A stretch of DNA of 63,254 nt, filler included, from Octopus bimaculoides (GCF_001194135.2; 7 parts of 5 records of this genome joined end to end with filler, not necessarily neighbours in it), one strand, 5' to 3'. Shown: positions 37,216 through 50,645, counted from the whole stretch's first letter. Numbers and translations are program-made. Notes: generated by a model not told the origin, from the letters alone.

Positions 37216-37345
37216 CTTACCTTACACACAATACCATCTCTGTATATGGTTTCTATAGGTCTCACAAGCTTTTCGTTTCTCTCTTTCTCTCTTCCCATTC
37301 ACATATAAATATAAATATGTACATACCCATATTGTATATACATAT

Positions 37346-37388
<43 letters not shown>

Positions 37389-38233
37389 NNNNNNNNNNNN
37401 NNNNNNNNNNNNNNNNNNNNNNNNNNNNNNNNNNNNNNNNNNNNNNNNNNNNNNNNNNNNNNNNNNNNNNNNNNNNNNNNNNNNNNNNNNNNNNNNNNNN
37501 NNNNNNNNNNNNNNNNNNNNNNNNNNNNNNNNNNNNNNNNNNNNNNNNNNNNNNNNNNNNNNNNNNNNNNNNNNNNNNNNNNNNNNNNNNNNNNNNNNNN
37601 NNNNNNNNNNNNNNNNNNNNNNNNNNNNNNNNNNNNNNNNNNNNNNNNNNNNNNNNNNNNNNNNNNNNNNNNNNNNNNNNNNNNNNNNNNNNNNNNNNNN
37701 NNNNNNNNNNNNNNNNNNNNNNNNNNNNNNNNNNNNNNNNNNNNNNNNNNNNNNNNNNNNNNNNNNNNNNNNNNNNNNNNNNNNNNNNNNNNNNNNNNNN
37801 NNNNNNNNNNNNNNNNNNNNNNNNNNNNNNNNNNNNNNNNNNNNNNNNNNNNNNNNNNNNNNNNNNNNNNNNNNNNNNNNNNNNNNNNNNNNNNNNNNNN
37901 NNNNNNNNNNNNNNNNNNNNNNNNNNNNNNNNNNNNNNNNNNNNNNNNNNNNNNNNNNNNNNNNNNNNNNNNNNNNNNNNNNNNNNNNNNNNNNNNNNNN
38001 NNNNNNNNNNNNNNNNNNNNNNNNNNNNNNNNNNNNNNNNNNNNNNNNNNNNNNNNNNNNNNNNNNNNNNNNNNNNNNNNNNNNNNNNNNNNNNNNNNNN
38101 NNNNNNNNNNNNNNNNNNNNNNNNNNNNNNNNNNNNNNNNNNNNNNNNNNNNNNNNNNNNNNNNNNNNNNNNNNNNNNNNNNNNNNNNNNNNNNNNNNNN
38201 NNNNNNNNNNNNNNNNNNNNNNNNNNNNNNNNN

Positions 38234-38271
<38 letters not shown>

Positions 38272-38574
38272 CATACATACATACATACATACATACATAC
38301 ATACATACATACATGTCTGTCTCTCTCTTTCCCTCTCTTTCTCTCTTTTGCTCCATCTACTATTAGGTACCTCAAGGTGGGATAACTCTCTATTGTAAGT
38401 ACTGCAAGGTGAAATAATTTACTATTATGGGTAACTCAAAATTGATGAAAATTTTATTGGTTTGTTGAGAATTCCTTGTGGTGTATATTGTGGTAGATTT
38501 GGTTTGGAAGCCATTTCTGTATTTTACAAATATAGGCCATCCGTACATAACAAAGACATTAGTCATTCTCGGAA

Positions 38575-38935
38575 AGCCACAACTGAAAAACATTAGAGTA
38601 AATTGCTCTACGGAAACGCTCTTGTAAACCACAGCGGCAAGCCGTTCCCTAAAACCACAAACCAAAGCCATCCCTGTAAACCATAAGCGTCATCCATCCC
38701 TGTAAACCGCAAACACAAAACAACTCTGTATATCACAACAGTAAACCATTCCCGGAAATTTAACAGTTAAGTATCTCAGTAAACCACAAACAGAAACTAA
38801 CCTTATTAACCATACTGTTAAGGCATTCCTGGAAACCACAAAACACAGCCTTCACTGTAAAGCACCTTTAGGAAACCATCCTTATAAACCACAACAGCCA
38901 GTCTTGAAAATCCTCTTCCTACTGAAACCACAGTT
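38575..38935. repeat. Degenerate array rich in AAACCAC(A) motifs
   Basis: Exact AACCACA at 38627, 38653, 38782, 38834, 38887, 38926; AACCGCA at 38705; several AACCAT variants. Confidence 0.6.
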
Positions 38936-39100
38936 AAATGAAAATGCGTGTCTGTTAAGTTTGCTGGTATCGTTTAATTCCAAGCCAACCCTGGTCGAAA
39001 GATATTCTAATAGTGGCCATCCTGTCTTTTCAGCTAACTTGGTTCTCACAAAGACTACGTCAGCTAATATTTAATGACGTAAAATATTATTTGAGATATA

Positions 39101-39518
39101 CTCTTTTACTCTTTTACTCTTTTACTCTTTTACTTGTTTCAGTCATTTGACTGCGGCCATGCTGGAGCGCCGCCTTTAGTCGAGCAAATCGACCCCAGGA
39201 CTTATTCTTTGGAAGCCTAGTACTTATTCCATCGATCTCTTTGCCGAACCGCTAAGTTACGGGGACGTCAACACACCAGCATCGGTTGTCATGCGATGTT
39301 GGGGGGACAAACACAGACACACAAACACATGCATATATATATATATATATACATATATACGACGGGCTTCTTTCAGTTTCCGTCTACCAAATCCACTCAC
39401 AAGGCTTTGGTCGGCCCGAGGCTATAGTAGAAGACACTTGCCCAAGGTGCCACGCAGTGGGACTGAACCCAGTACCATGTGGTTGGTAAGCAAGCTACTT
39501 ACCACACAGCCACTCCTG
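39101..39518 (-). mobile_element. SINE family A, full length, low divergence
   Basis: Complete head and tail ending in (CTCTTTTA)n on the plus strand. Confidence 0.9.
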
Positions 39519-39723
39519 TTGGCTATTGTTTCTAACAGGTTAGGAAGCCACGTAGAGTCTCCCACCATTGATCCCGAATGTAACAAGCGCGCTTAACGGT
39601 TGCGTGTATACACACTCACGCACGTTATCACGCAAATGACACGAATCGTTTAAATACCAAAACGAATCGTTGTTTGAAAATTTTGTGTTGAAAGCATATT
39701 ATGATGCAATAAATATGGCTAAC

Positions 39724-40008
39724 GTGTAGGCGTAGCTTTGTGGTAAGAAGCTTGCTTCCCAACCACATGGTTCCAAGTTCAATCCCACTGCGTGGCACCT
39801 TGGGCAAGTGTCTTCTACTATAGCCTTGGGCCGATCAAAGCCTTGTGAGTAGATTTGGTAAACGTATGTGTGTGTGTGTGTGTTTGTGTGCGTACGTGCG
39901 TGTGTGTGTGTCTGTGTGTGCCCGCCCCTCCATCGCTTGACAATTGCCGTCGGAGGGTTTAAGTTCTCGTAACTTAGCGTTTCGCCAAAAGAGATCGATA
40001 AAATAAGC
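39724..40008 (+). mobile_element. SINE family A
   Basis: Head, internal TG repeat and partial tail; head-to-head with the copy at 39101-39518. Confidence 0.8.
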
Positions 40009-40578
40009 ACCATCATCATTATCATCATTCCTCCTCATCATCATAAATTCCATCATCATCATAATCTTCATTAGCAGGATTATCATCATGATCATTGTTG
40101 TTAAAGTGGCAAGTTGGCAAAGTCATTAAGGTGCCAGACAAAACGCCTAGTGGTATTTCGTCCGTCCGTCTTTACATTCTAAGTACAAATACTGCCTTTC
40201 ATCTTCAACTTTGCCTTTCATCCTTTCGGGGTCAATAAAATAAGTACCAGTTACGCACTGGAGTCGATGTAATCGACTAACCCCGTACCCCAAGACTTCA
40301 AGCCTTGTGCCTCTAATAGAAAGGATCCTCTCTAAGTGTAGACCTGTGAGTCAGAGACAGGGAATTGCAGAGGGCGTTTGCCCTTGCTGTTCAGAGAGAT
40401 CTTGGACAGTGGTGCTTCTCGATTATCCCTAGAGGTCATCCTATATCATCTCTACTATCTCGTCCCCTTTTTTTATTAACCTTTGTATACTATATATATA
40501 TTTCCCTTCCTTTTCATTGTATATCGTGTATACTTACTTCTTTTTTCTGTTTATTTAATCATTCCACTATATGTAACC

Positions 40579-40610
<32 letters not shown>

Positions 40611-40873
40611 NNNNNNNNNNNNNNNNNNNNNNNNNNNNNNNNNNNNNNNNNNNNNNNNNNNNNNNNNNNNNNNNNNNNNNNNNNNNNNNNNNNNNNNNNN
40701 NNNNNNNNNNNNNNNNNNNNNNNNNNNNNNNNNNNNNNNNNNNNNNNNNNNNNNNNNNNNNNNNNNNNNNNNNNNNNNNNNNNNNNNNNNNNNNNNNNNC
40801 ACACACTCTTTATGTCTGTTTTGCATTGTTCTTCTCATCCTTCGCCCTGGTGGCAAATAAATAAAAATCATCA

Positions 40874-40920
<47 letters not shown>

Positions 40921-41029
40921 ACTTAAACCCATTTATCATTATAATAAGTGCATAGTTTAACGTTTTCAGAATAAATTAGCACTCAAGCACGTGCGGAAGT
41001 AATCTAAAAAGAGAAACTCCTCGTAGAAA

Positions 41030-41061
<32 letters not shown>

Positions 41062-41602
41062 GATAATAAAAGTATAGATGTAAAATAAATATAACCTTAA
41101 AAAGTGAAAACAAAAACATAGCGTTCCTAAGCGAATCACCAGCCACCGCAACATTGTGTGAAATCAATGAATTGCATATGTACGACAGCCAGTGTGAAAC
41201 GGTATAGCAACCTGATGAGACCAATTGCCCCTACGGAGGAATATGTTAAAACATTTTAGACATAGATCCTAACNNNNNNNNNNAGCAATTTCGGGGTCGA
41301 TTGAATAAGTACCAGTTACACACTGGAGTCGATATAATCGACTTAATCCGTTTGTCTATCCTTCTTTGTCTCGTCTGTGTTTAGCCCCTTGTGGGCAGTA
41401 AAGAAATAAAAAAACATTAACATGCCGGGTGAAATGCTTAGCGGCATTTCGTCTGTCTTTACGTTCTGAGTTCAAATTCCGCTGAGGTCGACTTTGNNNN
41501 NNNNNNNNNNNNNNNNNNNNNNNNNNNNNNNNNNNNNNNNTTAATTAATTAANNNNNNNNNNNNNNNNNNNNNNNNNNNNNNNNNNNNNNNNNNNNGTTT
41601 CG

Positions 41603-41938
41603 TCACTTTTCCCCGTGCCAGCAGGTACCATTTAGGTAGAATTTACAGATCTGTTTCTTTTTCTTTTTCTCTGTGTGACGTGTTTGGGCTTGAAGCCTGT
41701 TTGTGTTTACCATCTTCTTGACTGTTCTCCTGTCTTTGTCGTTTGTGGTGCAGCGTTGACTGTATTCACCATGGTCATTGCATCCCTCATCAGTGGCTAC
41801 AGCACTGGTGGCATCTGCCTTGTCTTGGTGATCCGTTTGGTCCTCCTGAGCCTGAGCACAGTGTGCAGGGTCTTCACTGTCCATTTTTGTGTCCGTGTCT
41901 CTCATAATGCCTTCTAGGAGGTCAAGGTGCGGTTTCAT
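41603..41938 (-). pseudogene. Acidic linker plus CCCH-type zinc-finger start; probable retroelement ORF1 remnant
   Basis: 111-codon non-repetitive frame ending KKQICKFYLNGTCWHGEK*; the TGA sits where the third Cys of C-x7-C-x5-C-x3-H is expected; followed by a gap. Confidence 0.5.
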
Positions 41939-44593
41939 ATATATATGTGTATATACATACATATATATATATATAAATATATATATATAATATATATAAA
42001 TATATGAAATAGACATCGTGCTTATAGATAAGGTTGTAAATGGACATACAGTATATACATACGTTTAATAGGCCTCGTTGTTGAAATAGTCCCGTGTTTA
42101 AACTAAAAAGGCCTCTTTCCCCCCTCTCTCTCTCTTTCTCTCTCCTCTCTCTCTCTCCCTCTTTCTCTTTTCTTCCCTTTCTCTCTTTTTTTCTCACTTT
42201 CTATCTTTCTCCAGTTTCCCCAGCTCGCCACCCGTTTTATACACAGTAAAATAGAAAGAGAGTGAGAGAGGCGAGAGAGGAAGAGAAGGAGAGGGAGGGT
42301 GAGAGAATCCTCGGGTTTAACTAAAAGCCTGTTTCTGTAGAAGAGGCTAAATGTGTTTCTTCAATTTTTATATATATTTATAAGTATATTAAGTATATGA
42401 TTTAACTTATAAAACAAAGTTCAACAAATTCAATCATATTTTTCATAAATGGAGGAGATTAGATGTTAATATGGATTGAAGTTATTTTTATTCGTGTAGC
42501 TATACGATCGTTTCATACAGAAAGACAATAAATTCATTTTAAGAATTTGGGTTGTCAAAAAGTATTCGTCAGTATCAAAAATTAAGGAAAGGCAAAAAAG
42601 CTAAAAAGACGTTAGAATTACATAGTTGTGGTGTTCGTAATTTGTAATTGTTCTTAGAATCATTTCTATTTAAAAGAAAACTGAAGGGTCTCAGCTGGGA
42701 GTTGATATATATAAAAAATAAAAAAACTTAATAAGGGTTGCATTCTCTTGATTAGTATAAATGAGCTGATTTTAAACTCCCATATAAGAAGTAAAAAACC
42801 AGGTGGGGTTGTATTTAACGGAAAAAGACTAACCAAATAAGGGAGTATGGAATTTTAAATACTGGGGACTAAAATTTATATTTAACCGTCAATAATCAAT
42901 ACGGCTTAGATATTAGTTTGAAAAAAATGTTTAATAGCAATTATAAATAGTTTGTGGTATATAAACTATAAACTTTATAATAAAAGTGTTTTATGTAAAT
43001 AACGTTTAATTTTTATAGAAGGAGATAAGTGTAGTTAAATTTGTAGAAGGTTATTTTATAAGGTATGTACTAAAAGATGGTTAATAAAATAAATATAAAA
43101 TTTTTTTAAAATAATAAATAAATATATGAAGAGGCTATTTACTTACTTTATCCACTGCTGAAAACTATGAATGATCTATAGAACGGTATAAAGAAGTTAT
43201 TTATATCGAAAAAAGTTGTGAATAATTTAGGAGGAAAGAAAAAATTCAAAATTATGAAGTGGGAAAAAAATTATCTTGTTTTTATTTGTTATGGTAATGA
43301 AGAAAACATTAAAATTAATTGATATCATATGTAGATGGATATGCGCACGCAAAAAATTATGTGTCATACATAGCTTTATATCTCAGAGTTAATGCGTGTA
43401 CATACCGGTTCAAAGATGTATGTATATAAACGAAAGAAACAGATACCTGTACATACGATAATGTATATATATACACTCCACAGGCGACAATAACATACAG
43501 ATACACTTAAAGATGGAATACTATGACTAATGTATACACATGTTCCTAAATAATGTTTATATATACAGGCCTGAATGTATAATGGCCATATAAGTTTACA
43601 TACGTACAAACATACATTAATACACTACAGAAAAACCTATGTACATTATAATGATATATAAGAATTTTAATATTTAAAAATTGTTTAAAATATAAAGTTT
43701 TAATAAATAAATACAGTTGTAAAACCTGGTTGCTAAAATGATATATATAATATAAATTATGAAATTTTATAAAATAAATATTTATATATAGAGAGGATAT
43801 CATAAGAAGATACTTATGTGTAATTTTTATACACTCAAAATGCTTCTGTACATATGTGTAAAAATATCCAGCCCAGCTACATGATATGCAATTAGATATG
43901 TAGATATATATACACAGATTGAGATAAAAATCCAAGGCTGTGAAATATTTCAGAACATTCATAAAGAGAAGGTCTTACGGTGCGAGAAAATGGTTAAGCA
44001 ATATTCTAGAGAAGATATGAAATAGAGAGTGAAGTGGAGGAATGAAAACAGACGTGAGATATTCAGGGATTTTGTATCTGCGGTTCCATTATTTAAGCAG
44101 AATGGTACACATATAAGTTTCCTGTATCTTGTGTGTAAGTTCCAATAGTATTTAAAATTGGTCATTCCAAGCATAGAGTTTGTAAACGGTGTTATTGGAT
44201 CGAGCCTTGGATTTTTATCTCATTCTCAGATATATACACACAAGTATATACATACGCTTGGCAACATACATACTGATACATGCAAATTAAAATATATATG
44301 AATATACACATATATACATACACATGCACACACATATATATACCAATCCAAAATTACTCGTGCACACGCAGAAGATTATAAATAGCTTAATACATATACA
44401 GGTATGTTGGGATACAAGGAAACACTTACAAATAGATATTGAAGAAAACATACAGACATAGGTATACAAGCTTATACATATATATAGACGGATATACCCA
44501 CATACATATACATACGGACATTTACATGCACATTAATAATACAGATAAAGGCAGATTATGCATATGTATATATACGCACATACATACACATAT

Positions 44594-44659
<66 letters not shown>

Positions 44660-44747
44660 ATACATATACATATATATATACAGCATTTAATGTTCATAAG
44701 CATATATGCCTTCACATTTTTATGAATATGCATATATGTGTGTATGT

Positions 44748-44847
44748 GTGCGTGTGCATGTGCGAGTGCGTGTGCATGTGCGAGTGCGTGTGCATGTGCG
44801 AGTGCGTGTGCATGTGCGAGTGCGTGTGCATGTGCGAGTGCGTGTGC
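44748..44847. repeat. 18-bp minisatellite GTGCGTGTGCATGTGCGA, about 5.5 copies
   Basis: Perfect units directly visible. Confidence 0.95.
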
Positions 44848-45531
44848 GGTCTTAAATGTATGTTGTATGTGTGTGTGTACACGTTATAGAATAGAATATA
44901 TTTATTCTCAACCCTAGTTAACACGCAAACAAGTCCCAAGAAGTAACAGACACATTGATGGAGTCTCTATCTCGAAATTGTGGTGAGAGTTTCACCTCAA
45001 TGGCCTTCCCATCGATTTTACTTATAAACTGTACTGAATATTGGCATGATTAATAGAATGGAAGCTTCTAGAAGTATAATGAAATTTTCAGGTGAAAGAC
45101 AAAGTATACACTGCGATAAAGAAAATATTCCCTGCAGACTTTAAAGAAATGGTCAATGGTGCTTCTACCGACATCCTGAGGTTTTCGTTTCTGTAGAACC
45201 CTGATTGAGTAAATCTATGACTTCGGAAACCCGGCGTTGCCATGCTGTCTTTTTATTTAGACATCGTAGAGCTAGACTTACATTATCTCGTCTTATACAC
45301 ACACATATATACACATACATACACACACGTGCACACACATGCACACACACACACGCGCATATTGTCATATACACCTATACATGCATATACATACGGATTT
45401 ACTTATCATACACGAGGAGTTACCGTGGATGTTAATTCAATTTGAATTTATTGGTATCTGGTTGTTTGATGTAGTTAACCATGTCTGCTTAATACTGGAT
45501 GTTTTCTATATAACTTCCTATCTCTTTTAAA

Positions 45532-45562
<31 letters not shown>

Positions 45563-45573
45563 ATTTCTGTGTA

Positions 45574-46227
45574 CTGTATTTACCGGCGTATAGAACGCGT
45601 TTTTTCTTTAATTTTTTGATTATTCCAAAGTTGCCCGACTTGTAACGTGTTATTACAGATAGGAGAGTGGGGGTAACGTAAGATACTGCATGATCGTCTC
45701 CTTCCCCAGGATATATTACCAACACCTGATATGTGTCTTATATTATCATGTAACTATGTTGTCTTTTAGAAACATTTTTTAATTGTCTAATTAAAGAATG
45801 CTCCTAGAAAGATGGTACGAATGGTAAGTTTCCATCCGTCTCTCAGCTATTGGCAGTAAGTGGATGAGAAGCAAAACATAATGGCCAATAGCTGTCTCAC
45901 AGAACATCACAACCAGAGAAACAATTCTTGCCTCCTATCTGGCAATTCTGTTAACCGAAATATAAACAACTAAAGATGATCTGAAAGAAAAGAAAATTGA
46001 TTTACGCTTCTCGTATTTATGGCTTCATATTTCATTCTAGTTTAATATCACAATATATTTACACGAACAGAATCTACGTTTCCCTCTACAAAGACCACTT
46101 TAAAACATCTTTCAATGAGTGTAGAATGAAACGTACAAACATAACAAATTTATTTTTTCTACAAAAAAACTTAGAAAGTAGGGGTGCGTCTTATGCACGT
46201 GTGCATCTTATACGCAGGCAAATACGG
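45574..46227. mobile_element. pogo/Tigger-like non-autonomous element
   Basis: TA then ctgtatttaccggcgtata at the left; tcttatacgcaggcaaatacgg at the right (imperfect TIR of the CCGTATTT type). Confidence 0.55.
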
Positions 46228-46708
46228 GTGTATAAATTTCTATTTATAAAACGATGGGGTGTAATTTGAGGAGAACATTTAAATGTTTTTCGTGACAAGT
46301 CGAATGACAATATTGAAGTTACCCCGGTGGCTTCCAGATTCAATGGAAATGGCGAAGTTGCTCACAGTTTTTAAGTCACAAAACTTCGTTCCTTTATTGA
46401 CCTAAAATAAGCATAGGAGTTCCTAAATAACTACAACGATACCTTCATAGCCACGGAGCGACTTAAGTAACCATAGTGAAACCTAAAGAGCCATATAGGG
46501 GCTTAAACGAACATGCAGTAACTTAAATAACCATGCATTGACTTACATAATCACAGGGTGACTTATAAAAAAACCTGCCAGTCGTCGTTGTATAACGCAG
46601 TTCTAACATTCCAAAAAGACAGGATGATCACGGCTGAAACGTCTGTGGTCTAAAGTTTTATCAATCATGACTGACATGATTAAACGTCATCATTACTATC
46701 ATCATCAT

Positions 46709-46742
<34 letters not shown>

Positions 46743-47029
46743 CTAACTAACTAACAATAAATAAGACCCAAATAAAACGCGTTACGATTTGTTCAATACT
46801 TAGAGAGACAATAAATACAAGCTCAATCGTGGACCGTTCAGCGTTGTCAACGAGAACTGATACCACTCAGCGACATCAGTTTCTTAATGGCCAAGGGATC
46901 GATCAAACAGAATCGATCAGATTTTACCAATTAGCATCAGCAACAACAGCAAGAATGGATAAGGTGCTAAGAGAAAAAAAGATACCTTAGGTGTCTGTTC
47001 ATCATAAAACACGGTTGGGCTTTCACTAT

Positions 47030-48250
47030 AGTAAGTTGAAGCAACTTCGATCCACTGAGGTTGTACATGCAATTAGTAAACAAATCCTCCCTCTGGAGAA
47101 GATTAAACAAGTCAGTTTCTCCTCTCTATCCCAAATCATTACATCAAGTCTGTTGTGCTTATATTTTATTGAGGTCTTCACTGGGACATTCCACCAGTAT
47201 TCCCTTTTATTATGAGTGACTATTGCTTCTGCCATATTGTGGGTTCTTATTACTTTAACCTCGGGATTATCCTTCCGACGGATTTCATTATAGAGTGTCC
47301 TAGCTACATCATGTCTCATCGGTAGATAATACCGTGATGACATTTTCGGACAACTGCTTATGATGTGGGTGACATCTTCAGAGTGAACTCCACAAAGTCT
47401 GCATCGATTTTCACGTTTACAGCTTTTCCTACACCGTTATCCCTTTTGCGCATCAGTTCCTTGGTTGATACTTCCTGTTCCTGGATTGCAAACGCATACC
47501 CTTCAAAGTGGGAGTTAGTTATCCTGTCATTTGGTCCATGATAAACTGTTTCGATGATCGATGTTACTATCATCTCCGAGCTTTCTACTAACATATTCAT
47601 GCATAGTCTTCTGCTCATATAGGCACATCCTTTCATCTGATGATACGTTGCGATAGAGTCGTGCGACTGCTTTGGGAATGTATTCTAGGTTATCAGACAA
47701 AGAGTGTTGCTCAAGGAGCTGCCTTCCAAGGCTTATGATGTTATCGGTTTCATGTATGGAGACTTGGTTAAGGGATGCACTTCGACACTTGGTGGATAAA
47801 AGATGTTGCCGAAGGGATATGACATTCAAAGGCATTTTGGATCGATGTTAAGCCTCTGCTGCCTTGTTTTCCTTTTAGGCAGAGGTGGTATACGTCATTG
47901 CTTATGTGGAAATTATGTGTGCTTCCGGATTTTTACATAAATGGTACATCGGGTCTCATCAAGCCTCCGATCAAGCAGTCTAAATGTAACAATACTGGCA
48001 CTGCAAACGCATTGTGAGCCACTGTTTTATTGAATGCAGGGAGTTCTGTGGTCCAAGTTTTCTTTATTCGACTGTAATATTCTTTAGGATATTTTCTTTG
48101 GATAATTTACTACATCCAAGTTTCCGTTAGCTATGAAACGTATGTAGACTGGATTTTATCTACTCCACTCCCTAATTTTTGAATGTTGACTCGCATATAC
48201 AACAACCCCTGTTGCTAACCGTGAACTATAAAATTAACTTTTTTCAGCTT
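47030..48250 (-). mobile_element. R4/Dong-clade non-LTR retrotransposon remnant (RT C-terminus to REL domain)
   Basis: FNKTVAHNAFAVPVL, GKQGSRGLTSIQ, SHFEGYAFAIQEQEVST, YLPMRHDVARTLY, EYWWNVPVKT..KHNRLDVMIWDREEK; many frameshifts. Confidence 0.85.
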
Positions 48251-48411
48251 ATCGTAATGGGGAAAATTCACAACCTTCTGCGCCAAGTTAATCACTATTG
48301 TTTCTGAAAGTTTTTTTTTCATACCTTCTACGGATTGCTTGAAGCTCACTAACTTCCTACACCTTGATCCTTGGATCTTACCTTTACATATCTATCAATC
48401 TATATATACAT

Positions 48412-48485
<74 letters not shown>

Positions 48486-48899
48486 ACACATATATATATA
48501 TATATAACCTAAAATATTTTTAAATAATAATAATAGTAAGTTAGGAGAATTTAAGATACAACTGACTACTTCTTTTAACAATCATGCGGTTCTTACTGCC
48601 TAGAAATTATCCACTACTATTATTGATAATCTTCAAACAAATTCAAATAATATAATCAACTCCGAAACCCATCAAAAAGCCAGTTGACCATAAAGTATGT
48701 AGAATCAATAAAAAAAATGATTCTATAAATAACCGCTCCCCAACTAGCCAAGAACATCTGCCAACTTTATCAAGCATTGCTGCTGCTGCTGCCTTTTACC
48801 CAAACAATCAGTTGAGAAAAACAGCTCATCGAAGAATGTTATACTTTACTATTACTATTACCAAACCTAATAGCAAACTAATAGCGGACGAAAATTCCT

Positions 48900-49080
48900 C
48901 TTCGAGCAATGCCATACTTGTATATAGCCTGAAGAAGTCGTACTAATAATGCATAAATCGCTGCATATAAATATGCAACAATATGCAGTTAGAGTGATCG
49001 AAACACGTGTCAGAATAAACTAACTGGAAATAAGCACATAAAGTTTGAATGTTCAAATTCTCCATTGTCCTTATTATCAA
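48900..49080 (+). mobile_element. Penelope-type terminal repeat containing a degenerate hammerhead-like core
   Basis: CTGAAGA (48929) ... CGAAAC ACGT GTC (48999-49011), then AATAAA. Confidence 0.45.
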
Positions 49081-49754
49081 TATATATTATCAATATATTT
49101 TCTCCTTATCATCTATCTATATATATATATGTATGTTTGTATGTATGCATGTATGTATGTATGTATGTATGTATGTATGTATGTATAAATCTGAGTCAAA
49201 ACGATTACTGGTTCGTTTACGGTACACTAGACAGCGTCTGTCTGATTACTGCAATATCCAAACATGAAAATTGAAGTAGCTCACTTATGACTCCTGACTT
49301 CAGTAAATGATACTCATCCCAGGAGGAAGTACTTCTCATGTGATTTTACCAACAAGCGAAGAATAGTGCAAAGGCAGCGGAAAGTAGAACAGAAAGACGA
49401 GATGAACAACAAGATTGGCTAAAGATGGAGAGAACAGAGATGGAAAGTTGGAGAAATAGAAACGCTGGTGTCACAAGCTGCATGGGTTGTTTTATGTACA
49501 TCTACGAATGTGAACTTAGAACCAACTAAAACTTCACCCTTCTCCCACCACCCAACTTCATACAACTTTCTCACAACCTCATCTCTTCACTTCTTTATTA
49601 TAAACTTATTTCTTCTTCTTTTCTCTATTATTTATTTATTTATTTTTGCTTCCGTTTATATACTTTTTCCTTTTATTTATACATTTATTCCTACTCTAAT
49701 ATTAACTACCTCTATTCAACTGACCAATAGCATATATATATATATATATATAGA

Positions 49755-50525
49755 CAGACATGCAGGAAGTAAATAGACATCTTTAATTTTCAAAGTTTCT
49801 TATCTAAGCGTCTTATTATGCTTTCAGCGGTGTAGAATTTATAATGTAATTATTCTTTTTCATACCAGGTGCCATTTTATTAAACATTTGCGAAGAGTAA
49901 CCATGCCACACCCCAAAAATTCAGTAGACCTGTCAGATTTTCAAAGACGTCGTATTGTTGGTCAATCTGAGGCTGGTCTTAGCCAGCGAAAAATTGCCGA
50001 AAATCTTCAAATTCCTCTTGCTACTGTTAATAGAAATATAGTGCAGTTCAAAAACCAAGGAAAAGAATCAACAGATTCTCGTCCTGGTCGACCTAGGCCT
50101 TCGGAAAGGAAACTCCGCTGTTTGAAGAGAATTGTGGAAAACGAACCCCATTCGATGGCTTCTGACATTGCAAAACAGCTAGAAGTTAGTCCAAGAACGT
50201 GTGTTACATATCTGTATAAGCTTGGGTATTATGGACGAGCAGCTAGAAGAAAACCTCTCCTTCAACTAATTAATATCACGAGAAGAAAGAAATGGGCTAA
50301 GGAGATGTCAGAAAAATCCAGTTCATTTTGAGATAGAGTGATTTTCTCAGATGAATCCAGATTTGCATTATTTTCAGACAGTAGATGTGTTTGGGTCTGG
50401 AGGCTTCCCAATCAAGAATTTGATTTGAAACGACTCCAACCAACTGTGAAACATGGCAGTATCTCTGTAATGGTATAGGGAGCTGTTACCAGCAATGGTC
50501 GTTCTGAGCTGATCAAATGTGTTGG
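49755..50525 (+). mobile_element. Tc1-family transposon, 5' two-thirds
   Basis: ATG at 49903: [53 protein letters not shown]; two stops; 3' end in the gap; left TIR position approximate. Confidence 0.9.
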
Positions 50526-50645
50526 AACCATAAACTCTGAAAAATNNNNNNNNNNNNNNNNNNNNNNNNNNNNNNNNNNNNNNNNNNNNTTAATTAATTA
50601 ANNNNNNNNNNNNNNNNNNNNNNNNNNNNNNNNNNNNNNNNNNNN

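Noticed and set aside
41190-41230. GAAAC...CTGATGAG as a hammerhead
   Set aside because: Stems I and II cannot be formed.
45092-45180. Possible plus-strand exon VKDKVYTAIKKIFPADFKEMVNG
   Set aside because: Weak donor; upstream [13 protein letters not shown] suggests a decayed LINE RT.
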